Made by a program: the position numbers and the translations under genes
DNA from: Alkanindiges illinoisensis DSM 15370
Lineage (GTDB): Bacteria; Pseudomonadota; Gammaproteobacteria; Pseudomonadales; Moraxellaceae
Length of the DNA: 32,000 bases
Direction: 5' to 3'
Assembly (NCBI RefSeq): GCF_000619845.1
Contig: NZ_JHUX01000003.1
Location: forward strand, 670,064 to 702,063
The notes under the pieces: generated by a model
Databases searched by the model: none
Seen by the model: the letters and a program-made list of their open reading frames with translations, nothing else
Told to the model about the DNA's origin: nothing
Part shown: positions 1-8,572 of the stretch, piece after piece
Position numbering within the stretch: position 1 is the stretch's first letter
How the letters are laid out: every line of letters begins with the position of its first letter

Positions 1-1064
1 CAAATTCTGAACAGCTGGTTGAACTGTATAATTTCTTTCATCCGGTTGCGCGTCAGTTAATGCCATCTGGCCGTGTGATTATCGTTGGCCGTGCGCCAGA
101 AGCGGCAGGTAGCGTCAAAGCAGCAACTGCCCAGCGCGCGCTGGAAGGCTTTGTGAAGTCAGTTGGTAAGGAATTCAAAAAAGGTGTTGCGGCCCAGCTG
201 GTTTATGTTGGCAAGGGTGCCGAGAAAAATCTTGAATCCACATTACGCTTTTTGATTTCTCCAAAATCTGCTTATGTTTCTGGTCAGGTTGTGAATGTTA
301 ACAAGGCTGCAACTGTGAATGTTGACTGGAGCATGCCGCTAACTGGTAAAACTGTGCTGGTTACTGGCGCAAGTCGCGGGATTGGTGAGGCGATTGCCCG
401 TACCATGGCACGTGATGGCGCGCATGTGATTTGTCTGGATATTCCAGCGCAGGATGCCGACCTGCAACGTGTTGCTGGTGAAATTGGCGGTAGCGTACTG
501 GCACTGGACATTACGGCTGAAGATGCTGGCCAGAAAATCAAGGAATTTTCAGCAGGCAAGGGCGGTCTGGACGTGATTGTTCACAACGCAGGCGTAACCC
601 GTGACAAGACCTTGGCCAACATGAAAGAAAACCTGTGGGACATGGTGCTGAACATTAATTTAAGTGCTGCTGAGCGCATTAATGACTACCTGCTGGAAAA
701 CGATGGCTTAAATGCCAATGGCCGTATCATTTGCGTGTCTTCCATTAGTGGTATTGCCGGTAACATGGGTCAAACCAACTATGCAGCATCCAAAGCCGGG
801 GTAATTGGCCTGGTGAAATTTACTGCACCTGTGCTGAAAAACGGTATTACCATTAATGCAGTGGCTCCGGGCTTTATTGAAACGCAAATGACTGCAGCCA
901 TTCCTTTGGCAATTCGTGAAGCGGGTCGTCGCATGAACTCCATGCAGCAAGGTGGTCAGCCGGTTGATGTGGCTGAAGCGATTGCCTGGTTTGCCAACCC
1001 AGCCTCTACTGGTGTAAATGGCAACGTGGTACGGGTGTGCGGACAAAGTTTGCTGGGTGCTTAA
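1..1064 (+). CDS. High-molecular-weight 3-oxoacyl-[ACP]/acyl-CoA reductase (SDR family, FabG4-like), 5'-truncated by the window edge
   Basis: The reading frame is open from base 3 through the listed ATG at 60, so the gene starts left of the window. The C-terminal half has classical SDR motifs: TGASRGIG (TGxxxGxG), NAG, and YAASK (YxxxK). It is preceded by a non-catalytic domain, as in ~450-aa FabG4-type enzymes. Confidence 0.85.
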   Translation, partial: NSEQLVELYNFFHPVARQLMPSGRVIIVGRAPEAAGSVKAATAQRALEGFVKSVGKEFKKGVAAQLVYVGKGAEKNLESTLRFLISPKSAYVSGQVVNVNKAATVNVDWSMPLTGKTVLVTGASRGIGEAIARTMARDGAHVICLDIPAQDADLQRVAGEIGGSVLALDITAEDAGQKIKEFSAGKGGLDVIVHNAGVTRDKTLANMKENLWDMVLNINLSAAERINDYLLENDGLNANGRIICVSSISGIAGNMGQTNYAASKAGVIGLVKFTAPVLKNGITINAVAPGFIETQMTAAIPLAIREAGRRMNSMQQGGQPVDVAEAIAWFANPASTGVNGNVVRVCGQSLLGA

Positions 1065-1158
1065 TCCGGCACTTTCAAGCGGGGTGCTTTGGGCGCCCCG
1101 TTTGTCTTTATAGCCAGCTATATTTACTGATGTTAATTGATATTTTGAGGAAACCAGC

Positions 1159-2016
1159 ATGAGCATCCGCCATTTTGATGCATTACCCAAGCCCTATAAG
1201 GCTTATGGTAAAGTGATTTTATCCCTGATCAAAAAACCAAAGGTTAAAACCAAGACCTTACCGCAGGCGGAATATATTGTTGACCGCTTAAATATTGATG
1301 AAAAACACTTAAAAGCTTATAACGATATTTGCACTTTTAAAAATGATGGCACGGTGCCTGCCATGTATCTGGCAGTACTGGCGCAATCATTGCAAATGAG
1401 CATGATGACGGAAGAACCGTTTCCGTTTGCATTGCTGGGCATGGTACATATCCGTAATGTGGTACGCCAAACCCGCAAAATCGAAGCAAATGAGGTATTA
1501 ACCCTGTCGTGCAAATTTGGCGAGCTGCGTCCGCATGACAAAGGCCAGCAGTTTGATTTTATCACTGCTGCTAGCGTCAATGGCGAACAAGTGTATAGCG
1601 GTGTTACCACCTATCTAGTGCGCCAGAAAGTCGAAGCGGCTGCCAAGTCTGACAAGCCCAAGGATAATTGCAAGCCTGGCTATAACAACACACAGGACTG
1701 GAGCATTCCGGAAAATATTGGCCGCCGCTATGCTGCCATTTCGGGTGACGTCAACCTGATCCATATTCATGAGTATACTGCCAAGGCCTTTGGCTTTAAG
1801 CGCGCCATTGCCCATGGCATGTGGACCAAAGCTCGCTCGCTGGCTGCACTGGGCGATTTGCCGGATGCTTATGAAGCCGACGTGCAGTTTAAGTTGCCAG
1901 TATTTATTCCAACCAAGGTAACTTTGCAAAGTGTCAAAGATTCCAATATTCTGTTTGAGCTGTGCGATACCAAAACGGGCAAGCCACATTTAAGTGGTCA
2001 GGTTACTTCACTCTAA
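1159..2016 (+). CDS. MaoC-like (R)-specific enoyl-CoA hydratase / 3-hydroxyacyl dehydratase (double hot-dog, HtdX-like)
   Basis: 285-aa ORF with a GAGGA Shine-Dalgarno at 1147-1151. It has the hydratase-2-type motif YAAISGDVNLIHIHEYTAKAFGF in the C-terminal hot-dog half. It lies immediately downstream of the SDR gene and is followed by a strong terminator. Confidence 0.85.
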   Translation: MSIRHFDALPKPYKAYGKVILSLIKKPKVKTKTLPQAEYIVDRLNIDEKHLKAYNDICTFKNDGTVPAMYLAVLAQSLQMSMMTEEPFPFALLGMVHIRNVVRQTRKIEANEVLTLSCKFGELRPHDKGQQFDFITAASVNGEQVYSGVTTYLVRQKVEAAAKSDKPKDNCKPGYNNTQDWSIPENIGRRYAAISGDVNLIHIHEYTAKAFGFKRAIAHGMWTKARSLAALGDLPDAYEADVQFKLPVFIPTKVTLQSVKDSNILFELCDTKTGKPHLSGQVTSL

Positions 2017-2064
2017 TACACTACTTCGTACAAGTTAGTGCGTGATAGCACAGTGTATAAGCAG

Positions 2065-2097
2065 CCCTTGCATCTTTCGTAATGCAGGGGTTTTTTT
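2065..2097 (+). terminator. Rho-independent terminator after the SDR-MaoC pair
   Basis: A 9-bp stem, CCCTTGCAT (2065-2073) pairing with ATGCAGGGG (2082-2090, one G-U pair), has an 8-nt loop and is followed by T7 (2091-2097). Confidence 0.85.
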
Positions 2098-2211
2098 ATT
2101 GATTAAATGATGCGATTTTGCTCAGCCAGTTCGCTATTTTTTAAAAGTCATTCAATTCAAGAGCCGTTTAAGCTATAACTGAACTCTTGCCTTACACAAA
2201 CAGGATGTGAC

Positions 2212-3489
2212 ATGCAATTCCCATTTTGGCCAAAGGGTACAAATGTTCAGCTTCACGGGGCTTATGATAATTCCTTTACGCCACTGATTCAGGCATTTAA
2301 ACAGATTCAGCCACAAGCCTATCGCGGTGGTTCGGCACTAGCTGTTTACTTTCAGGGCAAAAAAGTCGTGGATGTCTGGACGGGTGCCATGAAACAGGAC
2401 ACACCCTGGCAAGAAGACAGCATGGCATTGAGTTTTTCAACAGGTAAGGCAGCTCTAGCAACGCTGGTGCACCGTCTGGCTGATCAGGGACTGCTGGATT
2501 ATGACCAGACCATTGCACATTACTGGCCGGAATTTGCCAAAAATGGCAAGGATAAGATTACGATAAGGCATGTGCTGGCGCATCAGTCTGGCCTATTTGA
2601 CATTCGCCAGAATATCCAGTCGGCGGTGCAAATGCTGGACTGGCATGACATGCTAAAGGTCTATGAAAATGCTACGCCACGCTTTGAACCCGGCACAAAG
2701 GTGGCGTATCAGGCGCTCAGTTTTGGCTGGCTGCTGGGTGGTGTGGTTGAAAAAGTTACTGGTCAGTCGGTGTGTGAGGTTTTCCAAAAGGAACTGGTGA
2801 CACCACTGGGGCTGGATGGTGCCTATTTTGGCGTGCCTAGCAGCGAACTGGAGCGTGTGGCACGGCCTATTGTGCCAAACAACCCTCAGCAAGCTGAGGA
2901 CAACCAGAAAACCCGACCAGCCACTCAAAAAAACCTGTTGCCCAATGGACGCAGACCTTTAACCTTGCAGGAAAAAATGTTCAAACTTACTGGCCTTGAT
3001 CCCTATGAGGCTGAAGATGCATTGATGCCCAAGGGAATTAGCCGGTTTAGCTTTTTTACCGACCGCGTTTTGCAGGCCTGTATTCCTGCAGCCAATGGGG
3101 TATTTACCGCAAGGTCGCTGGCAAAAATGTATGCCATGCTGGTTAATGAAGGTGAAATTGATGGCCAGCAATATCTGTCACCAGAACGGGTGCGCCTATT
3201 AAGCCAGATTCAAAATACCCAGCGTGACCGTATTATGTCTTTGCCCATGAACTGGCGGCTGGGCTATCACCGGATTTTGTCGCTGGGTAAGCGTGTACCG
3301 GAAGGTTTTGGGCATATCGGTTATAACGGCTCTGGCGCGTGGTGCGATCCATCCCGTGGTTTAAGCTTTGCCTATGTGCATAACTTTGCTGGCAGTAGCA
3401 TTACTGGTGATCCGCGCCTGTGGTGGCTGACCCAGACTGCGCTGCAAAATGCCGATTTAAACCTGACTGGCAAGAAAGGCTGGTTTTAA
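2212..3489 (+). CDS. Beta-lactamase-fold serine hydrolase (class C beta-lactamase / family VIII esterase-like)
   Basis: 425-aa ORF with an AGGA SD upstream. It has the S-x-x-K nucleophile motif (FSTGK) near residue 75, then AYQALSFGW and HIGYNGSGAW blocks typical of EstB/AmpC-fold hydrolases. Confidence 0.8.
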   Translation: MQFPFWPKGTNVQLHGAYDNSFTPLIQAFKQIQPQAYRGGSALAVYFQGKKVVDVWTGAMKQDTPWQEDSMALSFSTGKAALATLVHRLADQGLLDYDQTIAHYWPEFAKNGKDKITIRHVLAHQSGLFDIRQNIQSAVQMLDWHDMLKVYENATPRFEPGTKVAYQALSFGWLLGGVVEKVTGQSVCEVFQKELVTPLGLDGAYFGVPSSELERVARPIVPNNPQQAEDNQKTRPATQKNLLPNGRRPLTLQEKMFKLTGLDPYEAEDALMPKGISRFSFFTDRVLQACIPAANGVFTARSLAKMYAMLVNEGEIDGQQYLSPERVRLLSQIQNTQRDRIMSLPMNWRLGYHRILSLGKRVPEGFGHIGYNGSGAWCDPSRGLSFAYVHNFAGSSITGDPRLWWLTQTALQNADLNLTGKKGWF

Positions 3490-3495
3490 AAGCAC

Positions 3496-3523
3496 AAGCC
3501 TTGCAGATTGTTGTAAGGTTTTA
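3496..3523. terminator. Weak, possibly bidirectional hairpin terminator between convergent genes
   Basis: The stem CCTTGCA (3499-3505) pairs with TGTAAGG (3512-3518, one G-U pair) around the loop GATTGT. TTTT follows on the + strand and a T-run lies a few nt downstream on the - strand. It sits in the 45-bp gap between the stop codons at 3489 (+) and 3535 (-). Confidence 0.4.
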
Positions 3524-3534
3524 GTCCTTAAAAG

Positions 3535-5838
3535 CTAGGCTGGAAAACGCCCTGAGACTGATTCTTCCGGCAGGGGAATGGCATGATGGGTGCGCAATAA
3601 GCTTGCAAACTCTTCAGGCAGCACGGCCTTGCTAAAATAATAGCCCTGCATCTGGTCGCAGGAATTCTGGCGCAGAAAGTCTTCCTGTTCTTCAGTTTCA
3701 ACGCCTTCTGCAATCACGGTCATGCACAGTGTTTTACCCATTGCAATAATGGCTTCGGTAATGGCCTTGTCGCTTGCATTGGTTGCCACTTCCCGGATAA
3801 AGGAGCGATCAACCTTTAAAGTATCAATCGGGAAGTTTTTGAGCTGTGCCAATGAGGAATAGCCTGTTCCAAAGTCATCAATGGCTAGCCGCACGCCTAT
3901 CTCTTTGATGGCAGCAAGCAGCGTAATGGCCTTGGCCGGATCACGCATCACCAGACCTTCGGTAATTTCCAGTTCAAGCAACCTTGGGTCCATGCCTGTT
4001 TCCTGAAGGATGGTGGCAATGTCGAGCAGCAAATGGTCGTCGGTAAACTGGCGTACCGACAGGTTTACAGCCATACAAACCGGAGGCAGGCCTTCGCGCT
4101 GCCATGCCATGTTTTGCAGGCACGCTGTACGCAGCACCCATTTGCCAATTGGAACAATCATGCCAGTTTCTTCGGCAATGGGAATAAACTGGGCAGGAGA
4201 GATGGTGCCAAGTTCCGGGTTTTGCCAGCGCAACAGCGCTTCTACACCGGAAATTGCACCGGAAGCCAGATCGCGCTTGGCCTGGTAGTACACTGTAAAC
4301 TCGTTGCGCTCCAGCGCTTGGCGAAGATTAGTTTCAAGCGCCATGCGTTCCAGTGCATGGGAGCGGACTTGGGCCGAAAAAAACTGATAGTTATTTTTGC
4401 CCGCTTCTTTGGCGGCATACATGGCAATGTCTGCACTTTTGGTCAGGGTGAGTTCGTCCTGCGCATCATCAGGAAAAATGGCAATACCAACGCTTGCGGT
4501 TACCCGGCATTCCTGCCCCTGTAGCACAAAAGGAGCAATAGCCGCGTCGACAATTTTGCGTGCAATGATCGCAATTTCTTTTTTCTCATGCACTTGAGGC
4601 ACCAGCACGACAAACTCATCACCTCCCAAACGTGCCACAATATCGCTGGCCCGCAGGGTTTGCCGGAAACGGGTAGAAATTTCTTTTAAAAGCTGATCCC
4701 CAGCCTGATGACCCAGGGTATCATTAATAAACTTGAAGCGGTCAAGGTCAATAAAAAGCACCGCAAAGCTTCCGCCGTAGCGCAGTGCTGACTGAACAGC
4801 AACCCCCAGCATCTGGTTATACATGACCCGGTTGGGCAGTCCAGTCAAGCCATCGTGGGTGGCAAGGTGTTCAATCCGGGCATCGGCGCGCTTTTGTTCT
4901 GAAATATCCCGTGCAACCCCGCGATATCCTTGCAAAACACCGTTACTGTCCAGCACTGCCTCACCACTAACGCTAATATAAAGGTCGTGATTGTCGGGAA
5001 CATCAAAATGTAATATTAGATCCCGAAACGGCTGATGTGCCGTGATCTGGGCCTTATGTGCTTCCCAACCGCCGGGCGTCTTGATGGTAATACCGGATTC
5101 AAACAGGCGTTTACCCAGTAGCATTTCTGGTGGTAAATCCTTGCTGGCACGTCCACTTTCAAAACGGGTAATACGAAAGTCGGCGTCCTGCTCCCAATAC
5201 CAGTCTGATGACAAATCTGTTAATGCCCGAAAGCGTTCCTCACTTTCCTTGATGGTCTTATTGTTGGCGATCAATCGTGAGCGCAAGAAATGCAAATAAA
5301 TACTGCCAAAAATTAAGCGGCCAATCGTAAGAATAAGCGAGATATACAATAGAACTTTGATGGCTAATGTTGGTGTAGCAAATGTAATGCCCGCACCAGA
5401 CAGCATGAATGCGCCCAGTCCCACAGCAAAGGTAATAAACAAAATAATAAACTGGCGAACGGTCAGCAAAAACAGGCCATATGCTGCGCCTTCAATGATC
5501 CGGATTAAAAATAAAAAATTCAGCTGGGGCAGTAAAAATAAACCAAGAAACTGGTTTGCAGATACTATTAACAAATGAGGAAGCGCCAGCGTAGGATCTT
5601 TAAAGCGCTCACTTAATCCGGTTTTATGCAGGATATAAAAACTGGCACTACATATAATGGCAATCGTGGTATACAAAAACCAGAACCAGAGCGGCAGGTT
5701 GGCAAATATCACCAAGCCGCCAAGCAGGCTAATTTCAACAATCCAGTTGAGCGCACCAATCTTTACAGCCATTAGCCGGAGGTTATAAGCTTTTTGACCT
5801 TTTGCTGTCCGATCGCTGGTTATACTCATTATACTCAT
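3535..5838 (-). CDS. Membrane-anchored PAS-GGDEF-EAL protein (diguanylate cyclase/phosphodiesterase, c-di-GMP turnover)
   Basis: 767-aa ORF. The first ~190 aa are hydrophobic (multiple TM helices), followed by a PAS-like segment. An intact GGDEF motif (RLGGDEFVVL) with RxxD-type context is followed by an EAL domain (VEALLRW, DDFGTGYSS, KVDRSF, EGVET). The start is ambiguous between ATG 5838 and ATG 5829. Confidence 0.9.
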   Translation of the reverse strand: MSIMSITSDRTAKGQKAYNLRLMAVKIGALNWIVEISLLGGLVIFANLPLWFWFLYTTIAIICSASFYILHKTGLSERFKDPTLALPHLLIVSANQFLGLFLLPQLNFLFLIRIIEGAAYGLFLLTVRQFIILFITFAVGLGAFMLSGAGITFATPTLAIKVLLYISLILTIGRLIFGSIYLHFLRSRLIANNKTIKESEERFRALTDLSSDWYWEQDADFRITRFESGRASKDLPPEMLLGKRLFESGITIKTPGGWEAHKAQITAHQPFRDLILHFDVPDNHDLYISVSGEAVLDSNGVLQGYRGVARDISEQKRADARIEHLATHDGLTGLPNRVMYNQMLGVAVQSALRYGGSFAVLFIDLDRFKFINDTLGHQAGDQLLKEISTRFRQTLRASDIVARLGGDEFVVLVPQVHEKKEIAIIARKIVDAAIAPFVLQGQECRVTASVGIAIFPDDAQDELTLTKSADIAMYAAKEAGKNNYQFFSAQVRSHALERMALETNLRQALERNEFTVYYQAKRDLASGAISGVEALLRWQNPELGTISPAQFIPIAEETGMIVPIGKWVLRTACLQNMAWQREGLPPVCMAVNLSVRQFTDDHLLLDIATILQETGMDPRLLELEITEGLVMRDPAKAITLLAAIKEIGVRLAIDDFGTGYSSLAQLKNFPIDTLKVDRSFIREVATNASDKAITEAIIAMGKTLCMTVIAEGVETEEQEDFLRQNSCDQMQGYYFSKAVLPEEFASLLRTHHAIPLPEESVSGRFPA

Positions 5839-6266
5839 CCATTATATACAGCGTTTTTTCGGTCATGGGCTGGTGTTAGCCGTTAGAACCGCTGGGCAAA
5901 GTGTCCTTAAATCCGGTTAGTCCCTGCAAAATAAGACCGCAATCCGGCCTTTTAAGGTTACAGCTTTACCTGATATATCATTGCCTTGATACCATCGAAC
6001 ATACAAACAAAGCTATATTTCGTCAATGCAAATTATCGTCAGTGACTGAAGGACTTTAAGTAAAAGCTGTTACATTTCGTCGGCAGTCTGTATCTCCGGG
6101 TTTCTAGTGACAGACAGGGCAGAATACAGAAATGGAAGAGGTGCCTAGAGATGTGATTTTTAGGGTTTAAGCTTTTAAGCGCTAATAATGATTGTAAATG
6201 CGGATAGCCAAGGCTTTTTACTCTACTCAATGGAATAACAAAAGTGGAAAAGGTAACGGAAAAAAC

Positions 6267-6992
6267 ATGCAAAAAATGATTTTGCTGGTTGAGGACGAAG
6301 CTGCCATTGCTGAACCTTTACAGTATGCCTTAAAGCGCGAAAACTGGCAGGTATTGTGGTTTACAACCGCGATTGATGCCTTGAATGCGTTGGCCCAGCA
6401 GAAGTTTGATTTTATTATTCTGGATGTGGGCTTGCCAGATATGGATGGCTTTGAACTGTGCCGTAAAATCCGTCAGCACTGGCAAACACCGCTGTTATTT
6501 CTTACTGCACGTAATGATGAGATAGAGCGTATTATTGGTATTGAAATTGGTGCGGATGATTATTGTGGCAAGCCATTTAGTCCACGCGAAATTATTTCCA
6601 GAATCAAGGCCATCTGGCGGCGTATGGAATTGACGGCTGCTAATGGGCAGCATCCCGATAAATTGACACAAACCCAAGCAACTGAATCCCATGAAAAAAT
6701 TATTGAATTTTCCCCTTGGTATGCTGATTTAAACCGTTACCAGATTAAATATCATGGCCAGTTATTACAATTGACCCGCTATGAAGCAGGCTTGCTGCTA
6801 TTTTTACTCAAGCATCCTGAACAGGTGTTTAGCCGCATACAATTAATGCAGCAAGTGTGGGAGCATCCGGACCACAGTCTGGAGCGCACCGTGGATACGC
6901 ATATCAAGTCATTACGGCAAAAGCTGAAGCTGGTGAGTGATGATGAGCCAATCACCACTCATCGTGGGCTGGGCTATAGCCTGAAGCGATAA
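6267..6992 (+). CDS. creB: OmpR-family response regulator CreB
   Basis: The receiver domain (LLVEDE...DVGLPDMDGFELC...KPFSPRE) and winged-helix output domain (LTRYEAGLLLFLLKHP...RTVDTHIKSLRQKL...HRGLGYSL) align closely with my recollection of E. coli CreB. It is followed by creC and creD. I place the start at ATG 6267 (MQKMILLVEDE) rather than the ORF-track start at 6198. Confidence 0.85.
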   Translation: MQKMILLVEDEAAIAEPLQYALKRENWQVLWFTTAIDALNALAQQKFDFIILDVGLPDMDGFELCRKIRQHWQTPLLFLTARNDEIERIIGIEIGADDYCGKPFSPREIISRIKAIWRRMELTAANGQHPDKLTQTQATESHEKIIEFSPWYADLNRYQIKYHGQLLQLTRYEAGLLLFLLKHPEQVFSRIQLMQQVWEHPDHSLERTVDTHIKSLRQKLKLVSDDEPITTHRGLGYSLKR

Positions 6993-6998
6993 TTAGCC

Positions 6999-8420
6999 AT
7001 GTCAATTTTTGTGCGCATCTGGTTTGGCTTTAGTCTGGTTTTGCTGATTGGCAGTTTTTTTATTCTTAGTAGCCTGCAACAGCAAATCAAGCCCAATATC
7101 CGGCAGGTGGTGGAAGACACGCTGGCCGACAATGCCAATATGATTGCCGCACTGGTCGCTGATGACATTGCCAATGGCATAGTACAAACGCCAGAGTTTG
7201 ACCAGAAAATGCAAGCCACTTTAAGCCGGGTGCTTGATGCCAAAATCTGGAACATGCAAAAAAGTGCCATTCACCAGAATGTATATATTACGGATCAGCA
7301 TGGACGCGTCATTTATGATTCTACCGGGCAATATACTGGACAGGATTTCTCGCGCTGGAATGATATTTACCTGACCTTAAGAGGGCAGTATGGCGTGCGG
7401 TCAACCCGCACTGATCCAAGGGATGAAAACAGCTCTGCCATGTATGTGGCCGCACCGGTGATTTACCACAACGAGTTGATTGGGGTGGTTAGCCTTGGCA
7501 AAAAAGGCCAGTCGGTGCAGCCTTATATTGAGGCAGCACAGCACCAGATGCTGATTAAAGCCAGTATTGTGGTGGTTTTTTCACTGCTACTGTGCGGCTT
7601 TGTGGCGTGGTGGCTAAAGCGTAGTATTGAAAAGGTGCGTCAGTATGCCCTTGCACTGGCGGCCAATCGTCAGCAGCAGCCTTATTTTTATTCTGCACGC
7701 GAGCTAAATGATTTGGCTCATGCCATCACCACGATGCGGCAGCAACTGGAAGACCGGGCCTATGTTGAACACTATGTGCATACCTTAACGCATGAATTAA
7801 AAAGCCCACTCACCGCAATCCATGCCAGTGCTGAATTGCTGGAAGAGGCTTTGCCACCGGATGACCAGCAGTATTTTGCACGACAAATCCAGCAGCAAAC
7901 CCATCGCTTGCAGGATCTGGTAGAGCGGCTATTGTTACTGGCTAAACTGGAAAAAACGGATGAGGATTTTGAGTTACAAACCGTTGATTTAAAAAGCCTG
8001 ATGCAGAATTCACTGGCACAGCGCAAAGGCATTATTCAGCAGCGCCAGATTGAAGTTCAAACCAGTTTTAACGCTGCCTGCCTGATTCAGGCGGAACCTT
8101 TCTGGCTGGGGCAGGCGCTGGCCAATCTCTTGGACAATGCCATTTCATTTACGCCAGCAGGCAAAACGCTAACCATTGCGCTTGAACACTCAGCGCAGCA
8201 ACTGGTTTTAAACATTATTAATCAGGGGCCAGCTATTCCAGACTATGCCCTCAGCCATATTTTTGAGCGCTATTATTCATTACCACGCCCCGATACCGGC
8301 TTAAAAAGCACTGGTTTAGGTTTAACGCTGGTTAAGGAAGTGCTGGATAAACATCAGGCCACTATAACCATTGAGAATAGGGCGGATGGTGTTGCCGTAA
8401 GTATTTATTTTAGTGCCTGA
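6999..8420 (+). CDS. creC: Sensor histidine kinase CreC
   Basis: 473 aa, beginning 6 nt after the creB stop. It has two TM segments flanking a periplasmic domain, an H-box (HELKSPLTAI), an N-box (LDNAISF) and a G-box (GLGLTLV). Its position between creB and creD supports the call. Confidence 0.85.
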   Translation: MSIFVRIWFGFSLVLLIGSFFILSSLQQQIKPNIRQVVEDTLADNANMIAALVADDIANGIVQTPEFDQKMQATLSRVLDAKIWNMQKSAIHQNVYITDQHGRVIYDSTGQYTGQDFSRWNDIYLTLRGQYGVRSTRTDPRDENSSAMYVAAPVIYHNELIGVVSLGKKGQSVQPYIEAAQHQMLIKASIVVVFSLLLCGFVAWWLKRSIEKVRQYALALAANRQQQPYFYSARELNDLAHAITTMRQQLEDRAYVEHYVHTLTHELKSPLTAIHASAELLEEALPPDDQQYFARQIQQQTHRLQDLVERLLLLAKLEKTDEDFELQTVDLKSLMQNSLAQRKGIIQQRQIEVQTSFNAACLIQAEPFWLGQALANLLDNAISFTPAGKTLTIALEHSAQQLVLNIINQGPAIPDYALSHIFERYYSLPRPDTGLKSTGLGLTLVKEVLDKHQATITIENRADGVAVSIYFSA

Positions 8421-8467
8421 CAGCTTTGCAGGCACATTTGAGTTTTGGAATTGATTCAAAATTTGAC

Positions 8468-8516
8468 TTCATATTGAGTTCATCAAAAGTTCAATTGATT
8501 TTCATATTCAGTTCAC
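8468..8516 (+). promoter_or_regulatory. Array of five TTCA(C/T/A) direct repeats at 11-bp phasing, a putative expanded CreB binding site ('cre tag') in the creD promoter
   Basis: The half-sites are TTCAT 8468, TTCAT 8479, TTCAA 8490, TTCAT 8501 and TTCAC 8512, each exactly 11 bp from the next (pentamer-N6-pentamer). This matches the published E. coli cre tag geometry TTCACnnnnnnTTCAC. The last repeat lies about where a -35 element would sit for a CACAAT -10-like hexamer at 8538-8543. The creD ATG is at 8573. Confidence 0.6.
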
Positions 8517-8572
8517 CTGTAGCACATGTGCATTTCTCACAATACCTCAATCTTCAATGAGGAATCTGAAAA

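Noticed and set aside
708-1190. A 160-aa ORF on the minus strand, overlapping the SDR gene and the start of the MaoC gene.
   Set aside because: It is antisense to a gene with strong family motifs and has no motif or SD of its own. Its composition is a typical shadow of the opposite strand.
4033-4524. A 163-aa plus-strand ORF, with neighbouring ORFs at 4010-4288 and 4397-4597, inside the GGDEF-EAL gene.
   Set aside because: These are antisense shadow ORFs within a well-supported 767-aa CDS. They are Cys/Arg/His-rich nonsense sequences.
6198-6266. A 23-codon N-terminal extension of creB in the ORF track (MRIAKAFYSTQWNNKSGKGNGKN).
   Set aside because: Response-regulator receiver domains begin a few residues before the acidic pocket (LLVEDE). 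ATG 6267 gives the canonical architecture. Similar over-extensions were rejected for ilvA (28923-28982), pldA (26020-26103), the yqiJ-like gene (GTG 21066) and the ygjP-like gene (TTG 29707).
6039-6272. A 77-aa minus-strand ORF in the GGDEF-EAL/creB intergenic region.
   Set aside because: It has no SD, an odd composition, and it overlaps the creB start region. The region is more likely promoter DNA. I also found no convincing sRNA terminator hairpin in 5839-6266.
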